This document shows, one piece after another, positions 41,860-51,201 of a stretch of 64,000 bases of DNA; positions within the stretch are counted from its first letter, which is position 1, and each line of letters begins with the position of its first letter. A program made the position numbers and the translations under genes. Under the pieces are notes generated by a model, which searched no databases, was not told the origin of the DNA, and saw nothing but the letters and a program-made list of their open reading frames with translations. This DNA is from a virus: positions 52,146 through 116,145 of IMG/VR virus record IMGVR_UViG_3300025648_000015; one strand, 5' to 3'.

Positions 41860-42348
41860 ATGGCCATTACAGACCCAAATGAAATTGGTGGTATCCGCCC
41901 TGAAGATGTAAAGCAGACGCCTGAGCAGATTGCTCAAGTCAATGCATTCCTTGCACAACAGAAGCGTGAAGAAGAAGAGCTTGGTAAAGAACAACCTATC
42001 GAGCTTATGGAATCTGAACTCATGGGAGTATGGAAGCTACTTCAAGAACTACAGGCTAAGTATGGTAACCGTAAAGGTAGCTTTGAAAACCTCACGTCTC
42101 TAAAGAGTGAAGCAGACGAGAAGTTCCATGCTCTTGGATTTCAGGTCGTTGTCGACTGGGTTCTCCCAGGTATTAGTCAAAAGCCTACACCTCCAACGAT
42201 TACTATTGTAGGTCGTATTGATGGCAGCGAGTTCAACAATGAGCAAAACCGTTACGAGACTGGTAAGGGTGTTGCTGACGATTACTACGACATGAAGCGT
42301 AAGGCATTGAAGCTGCCTAACAAAAAGCTTATTCTTCCAGGACAGTAA
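41860..42348 (+). CDS. Hypothetical protein
   Basis: SD AGAAAGAAG. Confidence 0.7.
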   Translation: MAITDPNEIGGIRPEDVKQTPEQIAQVNAFLAQQKREEEELGKEQPIELMESELMGVWKLLQELQAKYGNRKGSFENLTSLKSEADEKFHALGFQVVVDWVLPGISQKPTPPTITIVGRIDGSEFNNEQNRYETGKGVADDYYDMKRKALKLPNKKLILPGQ

Positions 42349-42354
42349 ACTATC

Positions 42355-43560
42355 ATGGCAGACAAGATCAGTGGCTCTCACAATGAGAATAATGAAGAGG
42401 ACTTCGAATACCCGAAGCACGTCTACATGTCTCCTGCTGAGAAAATTAAAGATCTTGGCATGTCTGGTAGCGAAGTCAATGACATTAACGAAACTAAGAA
42501 TTTAAACTCTAACGATTATTTTAATGCTAGATACCAAGGTGCTACTCACAATGAAGTAATGGATGCTAGCTCATGGGATAGAGGATCTGTCAAGCCAGTC
42601 CCTGTAGAAGAAATGGTATACAACCCTGTAAAAAAGGTTCATATTAAATCTACATACATGTGGGACCCACACGTTTCTAATTATGCTAATGCAAGAGGCA
42701 ATGGTGCTTCTCACGAAGAAGCTAATGAGGTCCACTCAAAGGGACTTAACCTAAGTGATTACTCCATGGGTAGAAAAAGAGGATTGTCTCACGTTGATGC
42801 AATGGATTCTATCAGGCCAACGTTCAATTCAGTTGGAGAAACGGTTAGCGTAGAACCAACCACAGACGAGTATGCTGAAGCTAGAAGCCTAGATATTGAT
42901 CCAGATACATTTGATAAGGCCACATACAAGCGTGTACGAAACGCTGGTGCTCCTCACAAAAATGTAATTGATGCATCTAACCGTGGCATACCAGTTGAAG
43001 ATTATGAAGCTGCTCTAAAAAACAACGGTGGTAACCACTTGAAAGCAGTTGATGAAGCACTGCGTTATCAAGATGATTACAAAGAGAACATGTCTAACAA
43101 CTCTACTATCGTTGCTCACAATACAGAACAGATGAGCAATAACAAAAAATTGATCGATGACAACTCTGAAGCATTCAATGGATTAGTTTCAGAACTGTTT
43201 GGCCATCACATGTCATTGAAAGCTAAGCCATCGTTTGATAATGGTGGTGATGGGTACGTTGATGCTCCATGGCGTCGTCGTGCTAATGAATGGGTAATGA
43301 ACGAATGTTCTAAGCTAGATCCATCGCTTAAACCACACGTAGGCAAAAGCATCCATGACCCAGAAGCAATTCTTTCTCCTGATGATTACAGTCAAAAAGT
43401 AAATCACTTGCTCACAAAGAATCAATATGGCCATATGTTTGCAAATACTTTGAAAGATTATGTGTCACAAAGAAGGAAGCAGAATGCTCTTATCAATATT
43501 GGTGAGAGTCATTTCATTCCATCTGGATACAAGCACGAATTATATGAAGAGGAAAACTAA
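42355..43560 (+). CDS. Repeat-containing hypothetical protein
   Basis: Five Y..(A)R..G.(S/T)H.(E/D)-like repeats. Confidence 0.7.
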   Translation: MADKISGSHNENNEEDFEYPKHVYMSPAEKIKDLGMSGSEVNDINETKNLNSNDYFNARYQGATHNEVMDASSWDRGSVKPVPVEEMVYNPVKKVHIKSTYMWDPHVSNYANARGNGASHEEANEVHSKGLNLSDYSMGRKRGLSHVDAMDSIRPTFNSVGETVSVEPTTDEYAEARSLDIDPDTFDKATYKRVRNAGAPHKNVIDASNRGIPVEDYEAALKNNGGNHLKAVDEALRYQDDYKENMSNNSTIVAHNTEQMSNNKKLIDDNSEAFNGLVSELFGHHMSLKAKPSFDNGGDGYVDAPWRRRANEWVMNECSKLDPSLKPHVGKSIHDPEAILSPDDYSQKVNHLLTKNQYGHMFANTLKDYVSQRRKQNALINIGESHFIPSGYKHELYEEEN

Positions 43561-44327
43561 TGTTTAATTCTAAACTAAAAAGTTTTTTCCGTATTGGATC
43601 GCTTGATACACCTAAAGATCTAACTAAGCACTTCGAAGTACCTAAGCTGATGGTTGCATTCGATACTGAATCAACTGGCCTTAATACTAAAATAGGTTAT
43701 GATAAATATCAAAAGAGAGATATTAAAAAAGAAGATTTAGATGAACCGATTTCTTATGGTCTTGTTGTTTATCGTGATGGTGTACACCGACCAGAAGAGA
43801 ATCAACACTTTCTTGTAAAGCCTCAACAAAAAATAAACCCTGCTGCACAAGCAGTGCATGGATGGTCTGCGGAGAATTTAGAAGCTAGTCACAATGGTCA
43901 TTACTTTAAGATGGAACCAAATGGGTTTTACATGCCTGCGCTTGATCCAAAAATTGGTATCAATAAGATTGCTAACTTATTGAGTGATTATCAAAAACAA
44001 GGTGCAGTTATTGTTGGTGCTAACCACAAGAATTATGACATGGGTCTGCTAAAGAACACCTATATGAAGTATAACAATGGTATGCCATTGCACTCAAGTG
44101 GATTTAATCCAAGTTCAGCAAAGATGATTGATGTTATTGAACACGATAGAGCCATTGACCCAGGATATCCAAGTAACCACCCACAATACCGCAGCCGTAG
44201 CTTGACTAACCTATGTCAGCACTATGGTGTAGACCCAGGTGGACACAAAGCGCTTGATGATGCTCGTGCCTCTGCAGATGTTTTGCTTAAGCAAATAGAA
44301 TTTAATAAAAAGAAGGGGTCCCTCTAA
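43560..44327 (+). CDS. DnaQ-like DEDDh 3'-5' exonuclease
   Basis: AFDTESTG, VHG, GAN...YD, ID, L..LC..YG.....HKALDDA.A. Confidence 0.9.
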   Translation: MFNSKLKSFFRIGSLDTPKDLTKHFEVPKLMVAFDTESTGLNTKIGYDKYQKRDIKKEDLDEPISYGLVVYRDGVHRPEENQHFLVKPQQKINPAAQAVHGWSAENLEASHNGHYFKMEPNGFYMPALDPKIGINKIANLLSDYQKQGAVIVGANHKNYDMGLLKNTYMKYNNGMPLHSSGFNPSSAKMIDVIEHDRAIDPGYPSNHPQYRSRSLTNLCQHYGVDPGGHKALDDARASADVLLKQIEFNKKKGSL

Positions 44328-44566
44328 TGGATTGGAACCTACGTTACGCCACGGTAGGCGAAAGTGGTATTGATTACTCAAAAGCTTCTCCTTGTACAAA
44401 GGGTAAAGAATGCGGGTTTTGTAAGCATCTTGACAAGATTGAGGCAGGAAATAAGGACGAAACAGGCAAATCTGTTGACCAAGACCATGCAGAAACCATT
44501 AAAAGAGTACGTAAAATGCACCAAGGTAGTATAGAATCCCTTAAAAAGGAACAAAAAAATGCGTAA
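44327..44566 (+). CDS. Small protein with N-terminal WNxRYA motif
   Basis: MDWNLRYA; C....C.FC.H. Confidence 0.65.
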   Translation: MDWNLRYATVGESGIDYSKASPCTKGKECGFCKHLDKIEAGNKDETGKSVDQDHAETIKRVRKMHQGSIESLKKEQKNA

Positions 44567-45167
44567 AATCTCAAGAGCTGAAGAACAATACAATAGCCTA
44601 AATTTCCGTACAGCAGATGCTGATGAAGGTGAAAAGTGTATGTCTCCCAATGGAGTATCATACGAATCTGCTGCAGCCACTGGTGGAAGAACCACTTGTG
44701 GAAGACCAGCTGTAGGATATGGATTTAACAAGAAACCTACTTGTGGTGGAAAAACTTGTGCCAGGATAGAATATACACATTATTTAGGTTCTGTTAAACC
44801 ATGGGGGCAAGAAGAACACTTTCGTGTTGTAGATAATGATACTCCACTAACTGAAGGTGGCCCTAGATGTGAAGGCTGCGGAGGTAAAATGCAAGAACAT
44901 GGTAGCAATGGTTCTGTATGTAGGAATAGAGCATGCAATAAAAGGGATATGGTTATAACTTCTGCCATTACTAAAAATGTTCAAGAGAATAAATGGAAAT
45001 ATTATCCAACACTTTCGACCAATAACGGTGTCTCGCGTAAAGAAACAGAACACTGTGGTCGTTGCGATATTGTTATGGATGAATCTAAAAAGTCTAATCG
45101 ACCTATCAATAAAACATTTGGTAAAATCTGCAAAGATTGTCACGATGTATTAAAGTCTGGTGAATGA
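44559..45167 (+). CDS. Cys-rich multi-Zn-finger protein
   Basis: Several CxxC pairs. Confidence 0.65.
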   Translation: MRKISRAEEQYNSLNFRTADADEGEKCMSPNGVSYESAAATGGRTTCGRPAVGYGFNKKPTCGGKTCARIEYTHYLGSVKPWGQEEHFRVVDNDTPLTEGGPRCEGCGGKMQEHGSNGSVCRNRACNKRDMVITSAITKNVQENKWKYYPTLSTNNGVSRKETEHCGRCDIVMDESKKSNRPINKTFGKICKDCHDVLKSGE

Positions 45168-45880
45168 TGTCATTCAATGAAAGATATGCTAAAGAAGAAG
45201 GCAAAACCTTTACCCCTCCAAAGGGAGTACAATCTGCTGCTCGTAAGGCACTCAAGTGGATTGAAGAAGGACACGCTGGTAGTGGATTTACAGGCGTAGG
45301 CCGTGGTCGTGCTCACCAACTCGCTAATGGTGAGGCAGTTAGCTTAAGTACTATTAAGCGCATGCACTCATTCTTTTCACGTCACCGTGTAGACAAGCAA
45401 GGTAAAGATTGGAATAAGCCAAGCCCAGGCAAGGTTGCATGGTATGCATGGGGTGGAGACGCTGGTGCATCATGGGCAGCTGGCATTGCTGAGAGCCATG
45501 ACGGTAAGAAAAAAGAAGCTAGTCTTGCAGACATGGCACACAACGTTGTAACTCACCTTCCCACAGTAGTCCCTGCTGTTGCTGCTGAAGCAGCTGCTAT
45601 AACTGGGTTGGTAAAAACTATTAAAAAAAATAGAAATAAGCCTGCTCCTGCTACAGGCTCTGATGAAGCATACAATGCTACTGGATTTATGTCACCTAGT
45701 CAAATACAAGACTACAAAAACAAAGATGCTGTTGAAAAAAATTCTTCTTTTGATGAACGTTATGCTAACGAAAAGACTGAGGCTTCTTTTCGTGCTATGA
45801 TGCAAAGTAAGCATGGCAATGTGTTGTTTGATGACAGTGACTGGCGCAATGATTACAGTGATCTAGATTCAGACTGGTAA
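45164..45880 (+). CDS. Phage head-associated protein
   Basis: PP.GV..AA.KAL.W......G.T.VG..RA.QLA.G...S..T.KRM.SFF.RH...AW..WGG..G..WA domain, recalled from phage head-morphogenesis regions. Confidence 0.6.
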   Translation: MMSFNERYAKEEGKTFTPPKGVQSAARKALKWIEEGHAGSGFTGVGRGRAHQLANGEAVSLSTIKRMHSFFSRHRVDKQGKDWNKPSPGKVAWYAWGGDAGASWAAGIAESHDGKKKEASLADMAHNVVTHLPTVVPAVAAEAAAITGLVKTIKKNRNKPAPATGSDEAYNATGFMSPSQIQDYKNKDAVEKNSSFDERYANEKTEASFRAMMQSKHGNVLFDDSDWRNDYSDLDSDW

Positions 45881-45883
45881 ATA

Positions 45884-46231
45884 ATGAACTGGTCTGAGCG
45901 TTATGCTATTGCTAATGAACGTGAATTCAATCAAGCTATGGGCAATGAATTTGGTTCAATGAGCCGTGCATTCATGGATCACTATGCTGATATGTATGGT
46001 CGTCATCAAGAGGCTATAGGACAATTAAACCGTAGACTTATGAATACATATGATCCAGATAAAAAAGATATTATGCGTGAAGGAATTGGCAAACATGAAC
46101 ATTGCCGTTTTTTAATTAATGGTATTATGGGTAAACATAACGTTAATGCGGAGACTGGTGATGATGAAGACCATTACAAATCAGTCGCTAATGATGCATT
46201 TAATCACAGCAATGGTATACTAAGTAATTAA
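45884..46231 (+). CDS. Small protein with N-terminal WSERYA motif
   Basis: MNWSERYA. Confidence 0.65.
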   Translation: MNWSERYAIANEREFNQAMGNEFGSMSRAFMDHYADMYGRHQEAIGQLNRRLMNTYDPDKKDIMREGIGKHEHCRFLINGIMGKHNVNAETGDDEDHYKSVANDAFNHSNGILSN

Positions 46232-48222
46232 TGGCAAAAGTAACCAAAAATAGTAATGCTAATATTCTTAAGGGACAACAGGATTTCTTCGAGATAGCTA
46301 AGAAAAGCTTAATTGAAACGCCTGATCTCCCTGACATTGTCACGTTTGCTGAGCATCGTGAGTTCCTAGGGCGTAGGTTATATCCTCGTCAAAAGACCCT
46401 ACTTCGCCTTATATGCCTAGAAACAGAGCATATGACTGACTATGATCTAGAAGTTATAGATGAATGGACAAAGGGTTTTGATCGCAACGGCACTAGCATA
46501 GGTATCTCTCCAGATATCTGGGATCGTGTCAATTATCTTAAAGCTAATGGGTATAAGCATTTCCGTGAAGTGGTGAACATCACTGGCCGTCGTGGTGGTA
46601 AAGGCCACATCGGTGGTATCATCGGTGCTTATATTAACTGGGGTCTGCTTATGCTAGATGATCCTCAGTACCACTATGGAATCGATAAGTCAAAAGACAT
46701 GTATATGTTCTGTGTGGCTACCAACATTCAACAGGCCAAGCAATTTCAATTTGCTGACCTTGCCAACACTATCATTGATGCTCCATGCTTTCAACCATAT
46801 ATTGCTGATGCTAAAGAACACTTTGTTGCTCTGCGCACACCAGCAGACCTTAGAAGAATTGCTGCCTTTGAAGCCAGAGGCATTCGTCCTAGTCGATTAA
46901 TTGCCAGTGTTAGAAATATGGCAGTAACAAGTAACTCTAAGGCTAGTCGTGGAGCCGCTGCATTCGGCGTTATGTTTGATGAGTTTGCACACATGCTAGT
47001 GGGTACGGGTGGCTCACGTACAAGTGAAGAAGTATACAATGCTATTACTCCTGCATTGGACCAATTTGGTAAAGATGGGTTTATTTATATCCCAACATCG
47101 CCGTTTACTAAAGTTGGTAAAGCATATAGCCTATATGAATCAGCTATTGAGCGGGACGCAGAAACAGATACACCAGCTTATCCTGACATGATGATGGCAC
47201 AGCTACCATCGTGGGGACCTTACGAAGATTGGGATGATCCACGTGCCACTGGTGGTTTTGAATTCCGTGGCGCTCCTCAGACATATGATGATGCTATGAA
47301 GCGTTTAGAGAAACGTGAACCTGATGCATTTAAGGTAGAACGTCTTTCCCAATGGGCTGAAGTTACCAATGCTTATCTTAATCCTAAAATGGTTGAGCGT
47401 ATGTTTGAACCATTTGTAGATGCCGAAGGCGAGACCAGGATCCTTGAACAACAATACGAAGGTAAATTTAGCATAATTTATAACGGTCACTGTGACCCAT
47501 CAAAGAGTGGTGCAAACACCGCAGCGATGATTGGACACGTTGAGAAGATACCTGACCTAGAAGATGGTGAAGAATGGTATCACGTTATTATTGACTGGAT
47601 GAAAGTCTGGAACCCAGAAGATTACGATGAGCATCAGCTTGATTATGAAGAGATTGAAGAAGAACTTGTACGTACGCTATGCGATTTCCGTACAACTAAG
47701 GTATTTTCATTTGACCAGTACGGTGCATTTGTAACGCTGCCTAGGCTAAAGAAACGTCTAAAGCAAGTGAATCCTCCACATAAGGTTGTCATTCGTGAAG
47801 AGAAGTTTACTGCGCAAAGCAATATGCACAGAGCAGAACGTTTCAAGTCTGCAATTGGTATGAATTGGATCCACTCATACCGTGATAACTACGGTCCCGA
47901 TGGTAGTAGCTTATTGGAACAGGAGCTTAAGTTCCTACAAGAAGTCAATGGTCGAGTGCGCAAACAAGATTTTGGACCTATCCGTACAGAAGACCTTTCC
48001 GACTGCATCATGGTAATTGTTGATGGCTTGCTTGAAGACAACTTCGTTAAGCTAGAAATGCGTGACCGACTAAGCAATACTAATCTTTACCCAGGTGCTA
48101 AAGGTGGTTACCACACCCGTAATGGGTCAGACAACATACCACTTACTGCTAGAGATAAACTACGTAAGTTTGGTGCTCAAAGATCTGCAAAAGATTATGG
48201 TGGTATGAAGAGAGGTCGTTAA
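46231..48222 (+). CDS. terL: Terminase large subunit
   Basis: LYPRQ, GRRGGKG Walker A, VAT...QA, FDEFAH Walker B, TSP, C-terminal nuclease domain (HCDPS...FDQY...EDLSD). Confidence 0.9.
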   Translation: MAKVTKNSNANILKGQQDFFEIAKKSLIETPDLPDIVTFAEHREFLGRRLYPRQKTLLRLICLETEHMTDYDLEVIDEWTKGFDRNGTSIGISPDIWDRVNYLKANGYKHFREVVNITGRRGGKGHIGGIIGAYINWGLLMLDDPQYHYGIDKSKDMYMFCVATNIQQAKQFQFADLANTIIDAPCFQPYIADAKEHFVALRTPADLRRIAAFEARGIRPSRLIASVRNMAVTSNSKASRGAAAFGVMFDEFAHMLVGTGGSRTSEEVYNAITPALDQFGKDGFIYIPTSPFTKVGKAYSLYESAIERDAETDTPAYPDMMMAQLPSWGPYEDWDDPRATGGFEFRGAPQTYDDAMKRLEKREPDAFKVERLSQWAEVTNAYLNPKMVERMFEPFVDAEGETRILEQQYEGKFSIIYNGHCDPSKSGANTAAMIGHVEKIPDLEDGEEWYHVIIDWMKVWNPEDYDEHQLDYEEIEEELVRTLCDFRTTKVFSFDQYGAFVTLPRLKKRLKQVNPPHKVVIREEKFTAQSNMHRAERFKSAIGMNWIHSYRDNYGPDGSSLLEQELKFLQEVNGRVRKQDFGPIRTEDLSDCIMVIVDGLLEDNFVKLEMRDRLSNTNLYPGAKGGYHTRNGSDNIPLTARDKLRKFGAQRSAKDYGGMKRGR

Positions 48223-48223
48223 C

Positions 48224-48502
48224 CTATTCTTCTTCAATATCAAAGATATCTTTGTTATATTGAGTCGCTGCTGATAACGTATTGAGATATATATCCATTG
48301 CACCTTCTAAACCTAGGTCAGCTTCTAAACTGTTTCTAATTTCAGTAGGTGATTTCCCTGTATCTTTTGCAATTGTTATAATACATGTTAATAACATTTT
48401 ATTATAATAATCCACAATCTTTTCAATTGCTTCAAACCCTACTTCATGTGCTACCAAAGCCATACTAATTTGATCTTGTTTATTAACAAATGGATCTTCC
48501 AT
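48224..48502 (-). CDS. Hypothetical protein (last gene of the minus-strand block)
   Basis: SD AGAAAGGA. Confidence 0.65.
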   Translation of the reverse strand: MEDPFVNKQDQISMALVAHEVGFEAIEKIVDYYNKMLLTCIITIAKDTGKSPTEIRNSLEADLGLEGAMDIYLNTLSAATQYNKDIFDIEEE

Positions 48503-48514
48503 TACATTTCCTTT

Positions 48515-48712
48515 CTATTGTAAAACATGTGCTTCTATATACCAGATTTCACCATTGGGTAAAATAGTTTCCCAAAATCCCATAGTGTCCTCATGTTCTT
48601 GCCATCCTTCTAAATTCAAAGCATTCTTTGCTGCATCTAAGTTAGAATAAATGCCAGAGATTTCGGCAGCGCCATCTCCAACATCATATAGTAGGGCGTA
48701 TACTATTGTCAT
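48515..48712 (-). CDS. Hypothetical protein
   Basis: Operonic. Confidence 0.6.
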   Translation of the reverse strand: MTIVYALLYDVGDGAAEISGIYSNLDAAKNALNLEGWQEHEDTMGFWETILPNGEIWYIEAHVLQ

Positions 48713-49004
48713 TGTTAAATAACTCCTTCATTGCCCATTCTATACGTTCTTTAGCATCCATGCCACCCCACCAGCCTTCGTCTAGGTTGCGCACTGCTTC
48801 GTACCTACATTCCATCATAACAGGACAATCTTTGCATATATTTTTGAGCTTGTGACGTTGGCTTAATGTAGGCATAGAACTAGCATAAATAAAATCACTA
48901 GTGTTTTTACCATAACAATTGCCTTCTTCTGCCCAAGTAAGGCCTTTATTATCGGGTAAAGTTTGAACTAACTCTTTTAACTTCCACCTACTAATCTTAC
49001 TCAT
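48684..49004 (-). CDS. whiB: Second WhiB-family regulator
   Basis: W....NC......F...IC.DCPV..EC...A......GWWGG....ER. Confidence 0.85.
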   Translation of the reverse strand: MSKISRWKLKELVQTLPDNKGLTWAEEGNCYGKNTSDFIYASSMPTLSQRHKLKNICKDCPVMMECRYEAVRNLDEGWWGGMDAKERIEWAMKELFNNDNSIRPTI

Positions 49005-49008
49005 ATTA

Positions 49009-49692
49009 TTACCTTTCTATCGATGATTGATTTATATTTGCTTTCATACCACTATCTATTCCATCATTATATCCTGATGATGCTACAATTTTACGTTGAG
49101 TAGCAGGATGACGATCTAATTTTTGGAAATATTCTTCAATTGCATGTTGTTTATTTCTAACAACTAATGCAACTGATGTATTGTTTGTTTCATTAATAAC
49201 TTTTGTTTTTGATTCTCTTATACGTTCATTGATTGTTATACAATAACCGCCAAAGAAACCTTTAACCCAAGTTTTAGTATGTATTTTTTCTTTGCTATTC
49301 TTTTTAATTTTATTTAGCTTAATAAACATTTCATTGACCATGTCTAAAGATAAAATATTATATAATGTTAAACATAATTCAATATCACTCTTGTATCCAT
49401 AGATCATGCAATATTCTTCGCCTCGTAAAACTTTGCAAAAGTTATGCTTTGCAATTGAATTAAGCAATACACTCTTATCAATAGCATATGGTTTAGGTGT
49501 TTCAATACGTCTAGCAACAATATTTCCTTCACCAATATGATCATGAAGTTGAGCTTCTTCAATTTGATATTTGGTAATTAACTCTTGTGCTAATGATTGT
49601 GCTGAACTTACTTCACCAGGTTTGTCACTACTATCTGCAACGCGAAGTAGTTTCTGAACCTTAGAAATAATATCAGACAACTGCATAACCAT
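49009..49692 (-). CDS. DUF2786-domain protein
   Basis: II.KV.KLL..A.S....E...A...AQ.L..KY.I; F..G....I.ER; GY..G...G..A.I. Confidence 0.8.
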   Translation of the reverse strand: MVMQLSDIISKVQKLLRVADSSDKPGEVSSAQSLAQELITKYQIEEAQLHDHIGEGNIVARRIETPKPYAIDKSVLLNSIAKHNFCKVLRGEEYCMIYGYKSDIELCLTLYNILSLDMVNEMFIKLNKIKKNSKEKIHTKTWVKGFFGGYCITINERIRESKTKVINETNNTSVALVVRNKQHAIEEYFQKLDRHPATQRKIVASSGYNDGIDSGMKANINQSSIER

Positions 49693-49711
49693 AGTATTAC
49701 CTCCTTTCTTT

Positions 49712-49773
49712 TAGTCTAGCCTCATCGGTGTAGAGACAACTACCTTCTACATACGCCTCACGGCGTTTCGGCT
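49712..49773 (-). ncRNA. Hammerhead ribozyme HH1 (type II, U4C core variant)
   Basis: AGCC-GAAA-CGCC(GTGA)GGCG-TA^TGTAGA(AGGTAGTTGTC)TCTACA-CCGATGA-GGCT; loop TAGTT can pair with downstream GACTA. Confidence 0.85.
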
Positions 49774-49776
49774 TTA

Positions 49777-50019
49777 TTATAAAGCGTCTTTTAAATCACA
49801 GAATAACTTATGAAAATGATCCATTTGTTCTCCCATTGCATTGATTGCTTTATTAAACATATCTGATAAACTTTCATAAAAAGTGATATCAAGAGTGTTT
49901 TTGTTTTCGTTATAGATTTTAAACCCATTTAACAACTCATCTAAACGATAACCAATCGTAGAAATATTGTTGATAAGTTCGCTTACTTTCTCTAACTTTT
50001 CTTCATTACTTACTGTCAT
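49777..50019 (-). CDS. Hypothetical protein
   Basis: Stop 4 nt before HH1. Confidence 0.6.
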   Translation of the reverse strand: MTVSNEEKLEKVSELINNISTIGYRLDELLNGFKIYNENKNTLDITFYESLSDMFNKAINAMGEQMDHFHKLFCDLKDAL

Positions 50020-50260
50020 ATTACCTAACTTAAATATTTAATGCAACCAATTTAAAATTAATGTTTCATACTTACTATTTTACCTCCATAGGTTTATATT
50101 CACTACAATATGTCTCAAACTTGTTTTTACGAGTCCAAGATCCACATTCACGGCATTCTCCAGACTCTAAATCTTCAAATTCTGGATTCTGACTAATGTT
50201 CCATAAATGTGCTTCATATTCATGATCGCACCAACAATCTGGTTCATTCATATTTGCTCC

Positions 50261-50467
50261 TTACTTGATATTATCTAATGCATTATTAAGTATTTCAGTT
50301 ATTTCTTTTTCTTTATCTCCTGTTTCTGTATTTTGATCAGGAAAAACCCATTCATCAATATTAGGAATGTAAACAGTTTTACCTTTTTCAAATTTAGCAA
50401 AAGTAGTAGGCCAATCTATAAGCCAACCATTTTCTTCTGACCATTTTACTACACAATGATATTCCAT
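50261..50467 (-). CDS. Hypothetical protein
   Basis: Operonic. Confidence 0.6.
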   Translation of the reverse strand: MEYHCVVKWSEENGWLIDWPTTFAKFEKGKTVYIPNIDEWVFPDQNTETGDKEKEITEILNNALDNIK

Positions 50468-50792
50468 TATGTTTCCATTTCTATAATTATTTCTTCTAGT
50501 TGATTACAACGATCTAATAAATTAGATATAACATCTTTAGCTTCTGCTAATGTAGTTGGTTCTGTTAAACCAAAGTCATTTAATGTTAATTCTATCATTA
50601 TTAATTAAATCCATAATGCTCAAAGATTTGAGCTCTAGCATCTTCAAGTTCATTATTGAGGTCTTGCAATGTACGATTATCAATACTCTTATCATTACCA
50701 AACCAATCAATTAGATCTTGTCTAGTTACTTCATTCATTTTACTCCTTCTCTCTTATATTTGCTACTATGCGTAATGCTTCTGTTCCTTACT

Positions 50793-50853
50793 ATTAGCCT
50801 ATCTTATCAATGCATGGTGGCTAATCCATACAGACGCCTCCCGGCGTTTCGAT
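50793..50853 (-). ncRNA. Hammerhead ribozyme HH2 (type II, U3-A8 covariant core)
   Basis: ATC-GAAA-CGCC(GGGA)GGCG-TC^TGTATGG(ATTAGCCA)CCATGCA-TTGATAA-GAT; 7-bp pseudoknot ATTAGCC/GGCTAAT. Confidence 0.88.
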
Positions 50854-50859
50854 TCTTTA

Positions 50860-51042
50860 CTATTCTATTTCCTCAATAATTATATCATTGATAGTATTTT
50901 TAATAGCAAATCCATTGTGTTCTAACCATCCCAATGCTTCTTTTTCAATTACATCGTCATCTTCAGAGTCAGATGTAATCGTAGTTATGAGCACAGCATA
51001 GTCAAACACAAACTGTACATTATATATATATGTTTTACTCAT
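50860..51042 (-). CDS. Hypothetical protein (cassette gene between the direct repeats)
   Basis: SD AAGGAG lies inside the repeat. Confidence 0.65.
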   Translation of the reverse strand: MSKTYIYNVQFVFDYAVLITTITSDSEDDDVIEKEALGWLEHNGFAIKNTINDIIIEEIE

Positions 51043-51199
51043 TCTCCTTCTCTCTTATATTTGCTACTATGCGTAATGCTTCTGCAAATCCTTGAGCAAA
51101 TCCATTCTCAAAATCAGTTTGCTTAGCCATTGCTAAGTTAATGTGATGACGAGTTTCATTACTCAATTGATAAAAAGATTTGTCTAATTTTTTACCCAT
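51035..51199 (-). CDS. Hypothetical protein (54 aa, not in track)
   Basis: MGKKLDK...AEALRIVANIREKENE; its 3' end is the duplicated 41 bp. Confidence 0.6.
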   Translation of the reverse strand: MGKKLDKSFYQLSNETRHHINLAMAKQTDFENGFAQGFAEALRIVANIREKENE

Positions 51200-51201
51200 T
51201 A

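Larger units (their letters stand above)
50743..51084. repeat. 41-bp perfect direct repeat (50743-50783 and 51044-51084) flanking a gene plus hammerhead
   Basis: CTCCTTCTCTCTTATATTTGCTACTATGCGTAATGCTTCTG occurs twice, 301 bp apart. Confidence 0.9.

Noticed and set aside
99-48077. Many short minus-strand and alternate-frame ORFs overlapping the + strand genes
   Set aside because: Shadow ORFs of well-supported genes, without SDs or recognisable motifs.
26185-48222. Inteins or group I introns in dnaE, recA or terL
   Set aside because: Lengths are ordinary, the frames are uninterrupted, and no intein C...HN or LAGLIDADG motifs are visible.
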